Assembly (NCBI GenBank): GCA_946402315.1
Contig: CAMIWC010000005.1
Span: 854-64,853, forward strand
Origin: an uncultured Clostridium sp.
GTDB lineage: Bacteria; Bacillota_I; Bacilli_A; RF39; UBA660
Direction of reading: 5' to 3'
Length of the DNA: 64,000 bases
Both the position numbers and the translations under genes were made by a program. Positions 48,214 through 58,173 of the stretch are shown piece by piece (position 1 is the stretch's first letter; every line of letters begins with the position of its first letter). The notes under the pieces were generated by a model that was not told the DNA's origin, searched no databases, and was given only the letters and a program-made list of their open reading frames with translations.

Positions 48214-49401
48214 CTATTTTTTTACTAAAACTTTATCAGAAACAGATACTTCTTTATATACTCTTTCAGCAGCATCAATAGGCATATTTATACATCCATG
48301 ACTACCACTAGTTATATAAATATTTCCACCAAAAACAGCTCTCCAAGAAGCATCATGTAATCCTTCTCCACCATTATATGGCATCCAGTATTTAACTGGA
48401 CATGAATAATCATCACCTTTTAATACTGCATCAGTTTGTTTACTATCTATATCGAAAACACCTATATCAGATGGTGTACTATCTTCTTTACCAGTTACAA
48501 CATCAGTACTAAATAATTCTTCCATTCCTCTATATAAAGTAAGAGTTTGAGTACTAATATCTACTACTACATAAGTACCAGTTAAAGTACCAGTTTGTGC
48601 TTTTTTAACATAACCAACACCAGCATCACTTTCTACTAAGTAGAAATCATCTGTTTCACCAAATACTTTTGCTAGTTCATATTCTGGAATAGAATAAAGT
48701 TCTTCTCCAAATGGAGTACTACTAATAGTAGAATCTTGAGTCATATAAACCATTTTATATGGTTCTCCTACTACCATGAATGTATCATTTACAAATTCTC
48801 CTGATACATAGGCATCTTCTCCATTATAAACAACTCTATACCAACCATTATCTAGTTTTTCCGCTTTTGCTAATCTGGTACCTTTTCTTACAACTGTAAT
48901 TCTATTATCTCCAACTGAAGGACTTGTTCTAACATTTATATCAGTAGTAGCTTGTACTGCTGGAACTATGCTAGGCATATCTTTTAATTGTTCTTCTAAT
49001 AAGTCAAGATCTACTACTTTTACGTATTCTCCACAAATATATCCTGTATTACCATTATATGATGCATGATACCAACCATTTGTTTCTCTACCTAATAAAC
49101 TAACAGCAGTTCCACCATCTAAAGTAACGATAATATCATAATCAGTAGAATATCCTGTTCTAAAGTTTACTCCTGTTGTTGTAATTCCTAGTAAATTAGA
49201 ACCAGAATAATCCTCTCTTTGAGGTTCTTCTGAAGGAACTGCAATAGGCATATCTCCATATTCTATTTTAGGAGTTTCTGTAGGTACATTTATTACAATA
49301 GCAGGAGTTTCTTTAACAACACTTGATTTACAACCAGAAAGTGATAAGGCTATACAAGCTGCTGTAACAATAGCTACTCCTTCTTTAAGTTTAATCATCA
49401 T
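48214..49401 (-). CDS. L,D-transpeptidase (YkuD) lipoprotein with two SH3-like domains
   Basis: Lipobox LSLSGC, two SH3_3-like repeats (NGWYHASYNG, NGWYRVVYNG) and the catalytic HGCINM. Confidence 0.85.
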   Translation of the reverse strand: MMIKLKEGVAIVTAACIALSLSGCKSSVVKETPAIVINVPTETPKIEYGDMPIAVPSEEPQREDYSGSNLLGITTTGVNFRTGYSTDYDIIVTLDGGTAVSLLGRETNGWYHASYNGNTGYICGEYVKVVDLDLLEEQLKDMPSIVPAVQATTDINVRTSPSVGDNRITVVRKGTRLAKAEKLDNGWYRVVYNGEDAYVSGEFVNDTFMVVGEPYKMVYMTQDSTISSTPFGEELYSIPEYELAKVFGETDDFYLVESDAGVGYVKKAQTGTLTGTYVVVDISTQTLTLYRGMEELFSTDVVTGKEDSTPSDIGVFDIDSKQTDAVLKGDDYSCPVKYWMPYNGGEGLHDASWRAVFGGNIYITSGSHGCINMPIDAAERVYKEVSVSDKVLVKK

Positions 49402-49537
49402 CTAGGTTTCCCCCTTTTTGCACGATGTATTCTATCATAAATAATCAAATATATTAATTAATAACTATTATTAGTTTGATTTTTTGTTATATAATAACAT
49501 TTTAGTAAAATAAAAAGACTCTTTCGAGTCCTTTTTA

Positions 49538-50005
49538 TTATTTTGCATAGCAATAATACATATTATAAGTACTCAAAAACATTACAACACCTTGTCTTTT
49601 ACCATTTTCTTCAGTCAAACCAAATTCCATTTCTGATTCAAAGTCTCGTCCAATAGATTTTCCTTCAGAAATAAAGTCTTTAGCATCTCCTTTAAATGAA
49701 ACCATATAATAAGTATATCCTTCTACTTTTCCATCTTTATCTTCTTCGTGTTCATAAGTATAGTTTCCTTTAGCATGATTATTATCTAAATCACCATAAG
49801 GTCCATATAAGAAAGTACCATCTTTATATAAATAAATAGACACTAAGTATTCAGATGAAGCTCCTTCTAACGAAGTACAATCATATTCTCCTGCGATAGG
49901 ATTATATTCTTCTTTTGTCTTTGGAAATAATAATACTGCGACTACTACAACAAGTACTACTATTATTGCAACTAATACTGGTATTAATATTTTTTTATTC
50001 TTCAT
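49538..50005 (-). CDS. Hypothetical membrane-anchored protein
   Basis: N-terminal TM. No recognizable motif. Confidence 0.5.
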   Translation of the reverse strand: MKNKKILIPVLVAIIVVLVVVVAVLLFPKTKEEYNPIAGEYDCTSLEGASSEYLVSIYLYKDGTFLYGPYGDLDNNHAKGNYTYEHEEDKDGKVEGYTYYMVSFKGDAKDFISEGKSIGRDFESEMEFGLTEENGKRQGVVMFLSTYNMYYCYAK

Positions 50006-50038
50006 ATACCCTCCTAATATAATTATATCATTAAATAC

Positions 50039-50503
50039 TTATTTAAAGACAATAGATTTAACCATCTTAGTAGTAGGCTTCCTATTATTAAGATATTTTT
50101 TAATTTTATTATCTAAATTATTTAAATTATTAATATTACTAAGAATCGTATCTATATCTTTATTACTAATCCTAATATCATGATCTAAATACTTTCTATA
50201 AACAATCGGACTAACTCCCATTACTTTTTTAAACATTTCAGAATAATACTCTAATGAATAAAATCCATTATTAAAAGCTATAGATATAATATAGTTATCA
50301 TACTTATAAAATGAAAGACTATTAAAAATTCTCATACTATTGACATATTCAAATATAGTTAAATCTAGTTCTTTTTTAAATCTTTTCATTATATAAGTTT
50401 TATTAAAATAAAATATATTAGATAGTTCATCAATAGTAATCTCTTTATTAATGTTTTTATTTAGATAAGTAAGTATATTACAGACTAATTCATTAGAAAA
50501 CAT
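50039..50503 (-). CDS. AraC-family HTH transcriptional regulator (DNA-binding domain only)
   Basis: ITIDELSNIFYFNKTYIMKRFKKE...IAFNNGFYSLEYYSEMFKKVMGVSP is a double HTH of AraC type. Confidence 0.75.
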   Translation of the reverse strand: MFSNELVCNILTYLNKNINKEITIDELSNIFYFNKTYIMKRFKKELDLTIFEYVNSMRIFNSLSFYKYDNYIISIAFNNGFYSLEYYSEMFKKVMGVSPIVYRKYLDHDIRISNKDIDTILSNINNLNNLDNKIKKYLNNRKPTTKMVKSIVFK

Positions 50504-50598
50504 CTAATCACCAAATTTATTATAACGCAAAAAGCCATTATTGTTTAAATATAATTTAAAAAGCCATTGTATACTTAAGTCATGAAAGGGGGATATGT

Positions 50599-51942
50599 AT
50601 GGCATATTCAAGATGGGCTAGTAAAGAAGAAATAATTAATAAAACTACCCAAATTAGTTATGATTCTAACATAAAAAAATCAGGAATTGAGATTATGTAT
50701 GATGATAATTATCTATATATAGATGATAGAGAAGCACATAATCTTATTGTAGGAGCTACTGGTTCTGGTAAAACACAAGCTACTATGTTACCTCAAATGA
50801 GACTTGCTATTAAAGCAGGAGAATCATTTGTAGTAAATGACATCAAAGGAGAAATATATAAAATCCTAAGTGGAGAATTAAAAAAACAAGGATACAAAAC
50901 ATATGTAATTAATCTAGTTGATACCAGCAAAGGAAATAACTACAATCCTTTATACTTACCTTATAAATTATATAAGAGTGGAGAAAAAGATAGAGCATTA
51001 GAAATGATTGAAAATGTAGGTTATTATTTATTAGCATCAGAAACAAGTAAAAATGAGGATCCATTCTGGATTAATTCTGCTATTAATCTATTTACTGGAT
51101 TAACACTATATTTGTTTGAGAATGCAAAAGAAGAAGAAATAAATATTAACAGTTTATCATTACTTGCAAACGAAGGGGAAAAGCTAGGAAAATATATTAG
51201 AACACTAGATAAAAGTTCATTAATATACATTTATCTATCTGGTATATTAGAAGCACCAAATGAAACTAAGGGATCAATTATAGCCGTATTTAAACAAAGA
51301 ATTAAACTTTTCACTACAAAAGAAGGATTGTCTAGAATACTATGTAACAATAATATAGACATAGAAAATATTCAAAAAGAAAAAACAGCTTTATTTATAA
51401 TAAATGAAAATAAAACTATTACAAAAGATCTAGTATCATTAATAATAGATCAATGTTACTATATGGAAAATATTAATCCAGATACTTCTAGAAGATTAAA
51501 CTTCTATATAGATGATTTTGAAAATATTAGTTCTATTAGAAACTTTGTAAATATTTTAAATATATCTAGAGGAAACAATGTTAGATTTAATATTTACTTA
51601 AAGAGTTTCTTAGAATTAGATAATCTATATGGCAAAGATACTGCCGAATTAATAAAAATGACATTTGGAAATATTATATATTTACTTGCAAATGACATTG
51701 AAACACTACAACAAATATCAAAACTTTGTGGTAGATTGGATGAAAATACTAGATTAATCTCTGAAGAAGAATTAAAAACTATGGGATATTTTGAAGCGAT
51801 TATTATTGCTCCAAGAATGTATCCAATCAAAACCAAACTATTACCAGACTACCAAATTGATTGGCAATTTGAAAAAGAACCGGTTGAACAACCAAACCTT
51901 GAATACACTAATGTTGAATTATACACAATTAAAGAGGATTAA
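50599..51942 (+). CDS. TraG/VirD4-family type IV coupling protein homolog lacking an N-terminal membrane anchor
   Basis: HNLIVGATGSGKTQATMLP Walker A, VVNDIKGE, and Walker B-like LNFYIDDFE. No TM helices. Confidence 0.7.
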   Translation: MAYSRWASKEEIINKTTQISYDSNIKKSGIEIMYDDNYLYIDDREAHNLIVGATGSGKTQATMLPQMRLAIKAGESFVVNDIKGEIYKILSGELKKQGYKTYVINLVDTSKGNNYNPLYLPYKLYKSGEKDRALEMIENVGYYLLASETSKNEDPFWINSAINLFTGLTLYLFENAKEEEININSLSLLANEGEKLGKYIRTLDKSSLIYIYLSGILEAPNETKGSIIAVFKQRIKLFTTKEGLSRILCNNNIDIENIQKEKTALFIINENKTITKDLVSLIIDQCYYMENINPDTSRRLNFYIDDFENISSIRNFVNILNISRGNNVRFNIYLKSFLELDNLYGKDTAELIKMTFGNIIYLLANDIETLQQISKLCGRLDENTRLISEEELKTMGYFEAIIIAPRMYPIKTKLLPDYQIDWQFEKEPVEQPNLEYTNVELYTIKED

Positions 51943-51977
51943 TCCTCTTTTTTTGTTATAATAATATTGGTGATAAC

Positions 51978-52694
51978 ATGGATGATATAAAAGAATTACA
52001 AAGAATAATAGACCAATCCGATAATATAGTATTTTTTGGAGGAGCAGGAGTATCTACCGAAAGTGGTCTTAAAGACTTTAGAGGTAAAAATGGTTTATAT
52101 AAAGAAATAGATACTAATTATCCTCCTGAATACTTACTAAGTATTAAATGTTTACTAAAAGAACCAGAATTATTCTTTAAATATTATCGAAAGAACTTAG
52201 ATTCTTCTAACATAGAACCAAATATCACACATAAATATTTAAAGAATTTGGAAGATGAAGGAAAACTAAAAGCAATTGTAACTCAAAATATAGATGGACT
52301 CCATCAAAAAGCTGGATCTAAAAATGTATTAGAAATACATGGTACTACATATAGAAATTATTGTATTAATTGTAGAATGGAATATCCTAATGATTATATC
52401 TTTAAGAGTAAAGATATACCTAGATGTATATGTGGAGGTATAATTCGTCCTGATGTAGTTTTATATGGTGAAATGTTACCAGAAGCATATAGTCTAGCAG
52501 TATCATATATTATGAAAGCAGAAGTATTAATAGTTGCTGGTACTTCTTTAACAGTTGAACCTGCAGCTAGCCTTATTAAATACTTTAATGGAAAACATTT
52601 AATAATTATAAATAATACTCCTACTCTATATGATAGCTATGCTGAATTAGTAATTAATAAACCTCTTGGAGAAATATTTTCTAAGTTAAAATAA
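51978..52694 (+). CDS. cobB: NAD-dependent protein deacylase (Sir2/CobB)
   Basis: GAGVSTESGLKDFRG, QNIDGLH, HG, and the zinc ribbon CINC...CICGG. Confidence 0.9.
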   Translation: MDDIKELQRIIDQSDNIVFFGGAGVSTESGLKDFRGKNGLYKEIDTNYPPEYLLSIKCLLKEPELFFKYYRKNLDSSNIEPNITHKYLKNLEDEGKLKAIVTQNIDGLHQKAGSKNVLEIHGTTYRNYCINCRMEYPNDYIFKSKDIPRCICGGIIRPDVVLYGEMLPEAYSLAVSYIMKAEVLIVAGTSLTVEPAASLIKYFNGKHLIIINNTPTLYDSYAELVINKPLGEIFSKLK

Positions 52695-52718
52695 AAAACT
52701 AACTAAAAAGTTAGTTTT
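52695..52718. terminator. Bidirectional terminator hairpin, ACTAAC/GTTAGT family (variant copy 1)
   Basis: AAAACTAAC-TAAAAA-GTTAGTTTT between convergent cobB and the next gene. The minus gene's stop lies in the right arm. Confidence 0.6.
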
Positions 52719-53778
52719 TCATTTCTAATTTTTTTACCAAAGCTGTAGCTCTTACTCTACCACTTGCTGTTACTTTTTCTTCACGTGAATAATAACCAAT
52801 ACCTTGTCTTCTTGAGTAATCACCAACCATTGGTCTATCATGATATTCTAACAAGAACCATTTATCTCTTTCTCTATCATAAATAAAGTCAAATCCACAT
52901 ATTATTCCAAGTTCAGATTCAAATTGCTTATGAACATCTTTAGCAGATTGTACTAATTCGTGGAATTGATATGTATCTATACCATGTGATAATAATAATT
53001 CTTTTTCAAATCTTGAATAAGAATTATCAAATAATAGAACATTCTTACCACCAGAGCATGTATTAGAAACAATTGATTTAGTACTCAACTTAAATGTATC
53101 TCCTAATAAAAAACCTAATAACGAAGTCCTATCATCTAATGGTTCTGTTTCATTATATTTTAATGCTCCATATAATAAATCTCCAGATGATGAAGTTAAT
53201 AGCCTTACTGTAGTATTATATTGTGATGGAGTTGGAATATATTCTTGAATTCTAAAATTACGTTTTAAATACCCATCATAATCTTTTAGTCCTCCAAAAA
53301 AATTAAGTTTTGCAATTCTACTAATAAATTCTTTATTTAATAATAAAGAACAAGCATTAATTAAGTTATCATAATCTTCTTCAGTAGCAATTAAAAATTT
53401 TTCTCTACCACAGTTTTGGTTTTCATTTTTAAACACGAATGGCAATCTATATCTATGATTAACTAAAGCATCAAAATCAAAAAAATAAGTATTGGGTATA
53501 GCAAATCCTCTATCGTCCAATTTACCATCTATTTCGCTATGAACTAAAGTTAAATACTCTTCTTCTGTAGTACATTTATAATCTTGCCTTCTACCAGTTA
53601 CATATATTGTTGATGCATCGGCATATCTAATATCTCTAACTATTCTATAACCATGACGAACTAAACTAACATATAACTTTAGGTCAGTTTCTTCCATTCT
53701 TAGATAAATCGCATGTTCATTACCATCTTCTGGATTTATAAAATCTGGTAATTCATCATAAGAAATAATTCTCTCCAT
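52711..53778 (-). CDS. ATP-grasp-like protein (uncertain)
   Basis: PFVFKNENQNCGREKFLIATEEDY and FDFIYDRERDKWFLLEYHDRPMVG resemble ATP-grasp central and C-terminal motifs. Confidence 0.4.
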   Translation of the reverse strand: MERIISYDELPDFINPEDGNEHAIYLRMEETDLKLYVSLVRHGYRIVRDIRYADASTIYVTGRRQDYKCTTEEEYLTLVHSEIDGKLDDRGFAIPNTYFFDFDALVNHRYRLPFVFKNENQNCGREKFLIATEEDYDNLINACSLLLNKEFISRIAKLNFFGGLKDYDGYLKRNFRIQEYIPTPSQYNTTVRLLTSSSGDLLYGALKYNETEPLDDRTSLLGFLLGDTFKLSTKSIVSNTCSGGKNVLLFDNSYSRFEKELLLSHGIDTYQFHELVQSAKDVHKQFESELGIICGFDFIYDRERDKWFLLEYHDRPMVGDYSRRQGIGYYSREEKVTASGRVRATALVKKLEMKN

Positions 53779-53877
53779 AGCCTCAACCCCTCTTTTTTAC
53801 GCTGCATATTATATCAAAAATACTTAAAAAAGTCAATTTTAGCAAAAAATGGTATAATAATTTTAGGAGTGATTATT

Positions 53878-54750
53878 ATGATTTATCTTAAAAAATTGGG
53901 ACTTCCAAGTGAAGAAAACGAAGATGAAATGATTAATTCTAAAGTAAATATGCATAATAATTTTTATCCATTGAGAATCTTCCCAGAAAAACAATTAAAA
54001 AATATTTCTTTTGAGCCTATAACTATTTTTTATGGTGGTAATGGTTCTGGTAAAACAACAATTTTAAATATAATAAGTGATACTATTAATGCTTCTAAAA
54101 AAAATATCGACAATAGAAGTGAGTTCTTTAAACGATATGTTGGTATATGTAAACAACAATACGAAATAGTAAATCAAAATGAATGTAAAAGTATTAAATA
54201 CATATCAAGTGATGATGTATTTGATTATTTATTAGATTTAAGAGCAATAAACTCTAGTGTTAATAGAAGAAAAGAAGATTTAGTAAATGAGTACTTTGAA
54301 TATAAAAATTCACCATCAGGTACATATAATTCAGGAATAGATCAATATGAAGATTTAAAAAATAAAGTTGATTCAAATAGAATGACTGTATCTAAATATG
54401 TTAGAACTAGACTAAGTAACAATAATATTATTCAAGAATCTAATGGTGAAACAGCATTAGATTTTTGGCAAAAAGAAATTGAAGATAATTCTATTTATAT
54501 TATTGATGAACCAGAAAATAGTTTATCAGCTGAAAATCAATTAAAATTAAAACAATTTATTGAAGAATCAGCAAGATTTTACAACTGCCAATTTATAATC
54601 GCAACCCATTCTCCATTTTTATTAGCTTTAGAAGGAGCAAAAATATATGATCTTGATAGTATTCCAGCAAAAGCGAAAAAATGGACGGAACTAGATAATG
54701 TTAGAGTGTATTATCAATTTTTTGCGGATAATAGAGACAAATTCGAATAG
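53878..54750 (+). CDS. ABC/SMC-like AAA_21-type ATPase (stand-alone)
   Basis: FYGGNGSGKTTILN Walker A, LSAENQ signature-like, IYIIDEPE Walker B and ATHSP H-loop. Start ATG with SD AGGAGTG. Confidence 0.75.
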   Translation: MIYLKKLGLPSEENEDEMINSKVNMHNNFYPLRIFPEKQLKNISFEPITIFYGGNGSGKTTILNIISDTINASKKNIDNRSEFFKRYVGICKQQYEIVNQNECKSIKYISSDDVFDYLLDLRAINSSVNRRKEDLVNEYFEYKNSPSGTYNSGIDQYEDLKNKVDSNRMTVSKYVRTRLSNNNIIQESNGETALDFWQKEIEDNSIYIIDEPENSLSAENQLKLKQFIEESARFYNCQFIIATHSPFLLALEGAKIYDLDSIPAKAKKWTELDNVRVYYQFFADNRDKFE

Positions 54751-54776
54751 AAAACACTAACAAATGTTAGTGTTTT
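54751..54776. terminator. Bidirectional terminator hairpin, CACTAAC/GTTAGTG family (copy 2)
   Basis: AAAACACTAAC-AAAT-GTTAGTGTTTT, identical over 26 nt to copy 3. Confidence 0.7.
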
Positions 54777-54787
54777 TAATTATTATT

Positions 54788-55585
54788 TCAACTCATAAAC
54801 TTATTTAAATAATCAAGATAATAATTAAAATCCTCTCTATCATATTTATAAGTTCTACACATTCTAATTATAAATGTGATATACATAATAGCCTTTTTAT
54901 ACTCTAAGTCTACATTAAAATATTTTAATAAATCATTGAAACTTACATCTTTAAAGATATGATAATCAGAATAAATCGCAAAGAAAAAATCATATAAAGG
55001 ATCTCCTACAAGTCCCATCGGATCTATAAAGAATAGTTCATTATTATTGATAACAAAGTTATGTGTTCCAAAGTCACCATGTAATAAATACTTATCTATT
55101 TTATTGTTTGAAACGATATTTAATGCTTTATTAATACTATCCATATCAAATTTGTTTTCATCTAACAATTCTATTGAGTAATCAATTTCATCTTTTAAAA
55201 AATCAGTCCAAGTCTTATGATCTTCAAATAAATATCCAAAGCCATCATAGTCTATTTTTTTATAATTAGATGTTGTTTCATATAATATATTGATAATTCT
55301 ATTTACTTCAATACTATTATCATATTTATTTCCTTGTATAAAAGAAAGACACGCATAACTTAAATCATAGTTTATATAATATAGTTTTTGAAATCTTTTA
55401 CCATTATATTTAGAAAAGAATTCATTATATACATCTAATTCTTGTTTATTAGTTTTCTTAATTAAATACTCATTATTAATACTAAAAACTATAGCTTCAG
55501 TAGCGCCTTCAGAAAAAACTTTAATATCATCTTCTGATATTTTAATATTTAACTTTTCTTCAATATCATCTAATAATTCTTTCAT
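54788..55585 (-). CDS. Aminoglycoside/choline-kinase-like phosphotransferase (APH family)
   Basis: LLHGDFGTHNFVI...FIDPMGLVGDPLYDF is the Brenner/catalytic loop plus DFG-like motif. Confidence 0.8.
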   Translation of the reverse strand: MKELLDDIEEKLNIKISEDDIKVFSEGATEAIVFSINNEYLIKKTNKQELDVYNEFFSKYNGKRFQKLYYINYDLSYACLSFIQGNKYDNSIEVNRIINILYETTSNYKKIDYDGFGYLFEDHKTWTDFLKDEIDYSIELLDENKFDMDSINKALNIVSNNKIDKYLLHGDFGTHNFVINNNELFFIDPMGLVGDPLYDFFFAIYSDYHIFKDVSFNDLLKYFNVDLEYKKAIMYITFIIRMCRTYKYDREDFNYYLDYLNKFMS

Positions 55586-55780
55586 AATGTTCACCTAAAA
55601 TCATTATATTAGATACTATAATTTAATACAATAATACGTGTGATATAATAACCATGTGTAATATAATAAAAATGTAAAAAAATGAGTGCAATTACATAAA
55701 AATATAAAACGCACTTAAAAGTTGGTAGAATAAAAAAGATATTAATTATAAACTTAAAGCATGAAAGGAGAGAAAATCTA

Positions 55781-56698
55781 ATGAAATTTGGAGATAATCT
55801 AAAAAAAATAAGAAAAATGAGAAAAATATCTCAGGAGGAATTAGCAGATAAGTTAGGAGTATCTAGACAATCTGTATCTAAATGGGAAACAGGAGAAAAT
55901 TACCCTAGCATGACTAATATTATGTGTTTATGCACTATATTTAAATGTAATATCAATGAGTTAGTACATGAAGATATGGATGATATAAATTCATTAGATG
56001 AAGAAATTAAAATGAGTGTTGTTAAGTTTAAAAGTGAAAAACAAAAGAAAGTTAGAGTATTATCAACTATTATTGCTGATATTGCTAAAGTAGGATGGAT
56101 TATTTCAATTGTATTAGTATGTTTCGTCGCAATTGGAACAATTTTATTACCAATTGCCTTAAAAGATATTGAAATTAAAGATAATAAAATAGTATCTGAT
56201 GGTAAAATTGTTGAAATTATTGAAGAAAAAGATAAACTAGTTTTAAAACATAAAAATGAAGTACTTGCCGATGTAAGAGATCAAAAATCAATTTCTTTAA
56301 TCAAAGAAGTAATAAATGGTAATTTAAATAACAAAGGATTACTAATTGGATGCTGCGAAGTTGCATTAATAACTATGATAGTATGTTTAATATTAGCTGT
56401 ATTTATGTTTAAGAAATTAGAAAAGTTATTCAATAACATAAAAAAAGGCGATACTCCATTTACTTTAGAAAATGTTGAATATATTAAAAAAATAGCTTAT
56501 ATCATGATAGCTTTAATCATTCTTCCAAATATAGGTGGAACAATATTTGAAATTATTTTGAAACAAGATTTAGACATTTCTTTTGAACCATTTAGCATTT
56601 TAGAAGTCTTAATCATATTTGTTATCTCATATATATTTGAATATGGATATGAAATACAATTAGATTCTAAAGGAAAAATGTATGGAGATATAAAATAA
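55781..56698 (+). CDS. XRE-family HTH fused to a DUF2975-like membrane domain
   Basis: The N-terminus ISQEELADKLGVSRQSVSKWETGENYP is an XRE HTH. The C-terminal multi-TM region with GDTPFTLENV...IFEYGYEIQLDSKGKMY is paralogous to ORF 58550-59281. Confidence 0.7.
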   Translation: MKFGDNLKKIRKMRKISQEELADKLGVSRQSVSKWETGENYPSMTNIMCLCTIFKCNINELVHEDMDDINSLDEEIKMSVVKFKSEKQKKVRVLSTIIADIAKVGWIISIVLVCFVAIGTILLPIALKDIEIKDNKIVSDGKIVEIIEEKDKLVLKHKNEVLADVRDQKSISLIKEVINGNLNNKGLLIGCCEVALITMIVCLILAVFMFKKLEKLFNNIKKGDTPFTLENVEYIKKIAYIMIALIILPNIGGTIFEIILKQDLDISFEPFSILEVLIIFVISYIFEYGYEIQLDSKGKMYGDIK

Positions 56699-56709
56699 TT
56701 ATAAATAAA

Positions 56710-56735
56710 AAAACACTAACAAATGTTAGTGTTTT
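56710..56735. terminator. Bidirectional terminator hairpin, CACTAAC/GTTAGTG family (copy 3)
   Basis: AAAACACTAAC-AAAT-GTTAGTGTTTT. The stop of the minus-strand NUDIX gene abuts the T-run. Confidence 0.7.
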
Positions 56736-57306
56736 ATTTATTAATATAATTTAAATATGATTTTATTAAATCAGCATCCATAAGATTATTTGGTACATCT
56801 TTTGGAGTAAAAAATCTTAATCTTTTAGTTTCAGAATCTCCTTTTAGATTAGAATCATCTTCTAAAGATACATCGACTAAATATAATGAAGTATTATTAT
56901 ATACTATATCTCCATTAGGATAACTATTCTTTCTACTTTCTCCTGATAATGTATCAATAAGTATTATTTCATTTGGATCTATTCTTAATCCAGTTTCTTC
57001 ATATGCTTCTCTAACCGCAGTAAATCTTAGATCTTCTCCTAAATCTTGGCATCCTCCAGGAAGGCCCCATTTATCTCTATCAGTTCTTTCTTGTAGAAGA
57101 ATCTCTCCTTTTTCATTTCTTATTATTATAGCTGCACCTGTTTGAATAAATGGTATATGACTAATTCTATCATCAAGAGCCATTCTAAATAAAACAGGAT
57201 AGCCACCATAATTAGCGCTTAAATTTAGTAGTTCTTCTTCACTTAAACTTTGTACTAATTCTACAAATTCTTCATGAGTATATTCTCTCATCTTTTTATA
57301 ACTCAT
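56734..57306 (-). CDS. NUDIX hydrolase
   Basis: Nudix box GGCQDLGEDLRFTAVREAYEETGL. Confidence 0.9.
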   Translation of the reverse strand: MSYKKMREYTHEEFVELVQSLSEEELLNLSANYGGYPVLFRMALDDRISHIPFIQTGAAIIIRNEKGEILLQERTDRDKWGLPGGCQDLGEDLRFTAVREAYEETGLRIDPNEIILIDTLSGESRKNSYPNGDIVYNNTSLYLVDVSLEDDSNLKGDSETKRLRFFTPKDVPNNLMDADLIKSYLNYINK

Positions 57307-57404
57307 ACTATGCCTCCATACATTTTTATTATAGCATAAAAAATAAATACTATTTGTTTGTAATAAAAGTATAAATACTATATACTTATAATAGAGGTGA
57401 GATA

Positions 57405-58145
57405 ATGAAAAAGAAAAAGACTGCTTTAATAATAGTAATTGTTTGTTTACTTGTTATTATAGGTGCAGTTTTATATTTTGTTTTATTTAGAAACAGAACA
57501 GTTAAAGTTAAATCTATAGAAGTACCAAATGAAAAGGTAATTCTAGAGTATGGAGAAAAGCATAAAGTACAATATACAATTAAACCAGAAAATGCTACTA
57601 ACAAAGAAGTTAAAATAACATCTGAAAATGGATTATTAACTAACAAAAAGAATGCTGAAGAATTTGTTACAGTTAATAATACCGTTCATGGTGATGATAA
57701 AATATGTATTACAAGTGTAGAAGATGAAAGCATTAAAACTTGTTATGAAATACACGTTAATCCACAACCTTTTTCAGAAAGAATGCAAGAATTAGGATTT
57801 ACTAAAAATGGTTATAAATATACTAATGTACATACTGATTTTACTCAAGAGTTAGATGTTAGCCAAAGATATTTAAAAGTTACAAGTAAAAGTGGTAACG
57901 TATCTTTAGAATATATTTATTATTATAGGGCAGGATATGGTGAATCAACACAAAAATCCGGAGGATTTACTGTGGAATGGTTATATAGAGATGATACAAA
58001 TCGAGCAACTTGTGCTGCATCATCTTATTATTCAACATTCTGTAATTATACAAGCGAATCTAATCTAATAAATACGTTCCAAACTATAAAAGAAAGTGTA
58101 GAAGTGCTTATAAGCGATTATACAGATGCTGAATTATTAACATAA
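57405..58145 (+). CDS. Membrane-anchored protein with an Ig-like (Big_2-type) domain
   Basis: N-terminal TM. The segment KSIEVPNEKVILEYGEKHKVQYTIKPENATNKEVKITSEN is Big_2-like. Confidence 0.5.
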   Translation: MKKKKTALIIVIVCLLVIIGAVLYFVLFRNRTVKVKSIEVPNEKVILEYGEKHKVQYTIKPENATNKEVKITSENGLLTNKKNAEEFVTVNNTVHGDDKICITSVEDESIKTCYEIHVNPQPFSERMQELGFTKNGYKYTNVHTDFTQELDVSQRYLKVTSKSGNVSLEYIYYYRAGYGESTQKSGGFTVEWLYRDDTNRATCAASSYYSTFCNYTSESNLINTFQTIKESVEVLISDYTDAELLT

Positions 58146-58149
58146 TATG

Positions 58150-58173
58150 AAACACTAACTATTGTTAGTGTTT
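58150..58173. terminator. Bidirectional terminator hairpin, CACTAAC/GTTAGTG family (copy 4)
   Basis: AAACACTAAC-TATT-GTTAGTGTTT. It encodes the last six codons and the TAG stop of ORF 58155-58511. Confidence 0.7.

Noticed and set aside
51978-52694. A Sir2-domain gene lies next to accessory genes and could be a defence-type NADase (Thoeris/DSR-like).
   Set aside because: It is 238 aa with the canonical sirtuin motifs and a Cys4 zinc ribbon, and it has no fused sensor or effector domain. This matches the housekeeping CobB deacylase.
2002-53877. N-terminal extensions of several track ORFs: rpoZ, the SseB-like protein, ackA, the SGNH-like protein, gatC, fhs, the 576-aa coiled-coil protein, the Trx paralog, the 519-aa secreted protein, the HTH-like protein at 47716, the ABC-type ATPase and APH.
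   Set aside because: In each case an internal ATG or GTG preceded by a clear SD matches the conserved family N-terminus or the start of a signal peptide. The longer ORFs begin at upstream in-frame starts (ATG, TTG or GTG) with no SD, so I used the shorter coordinates.
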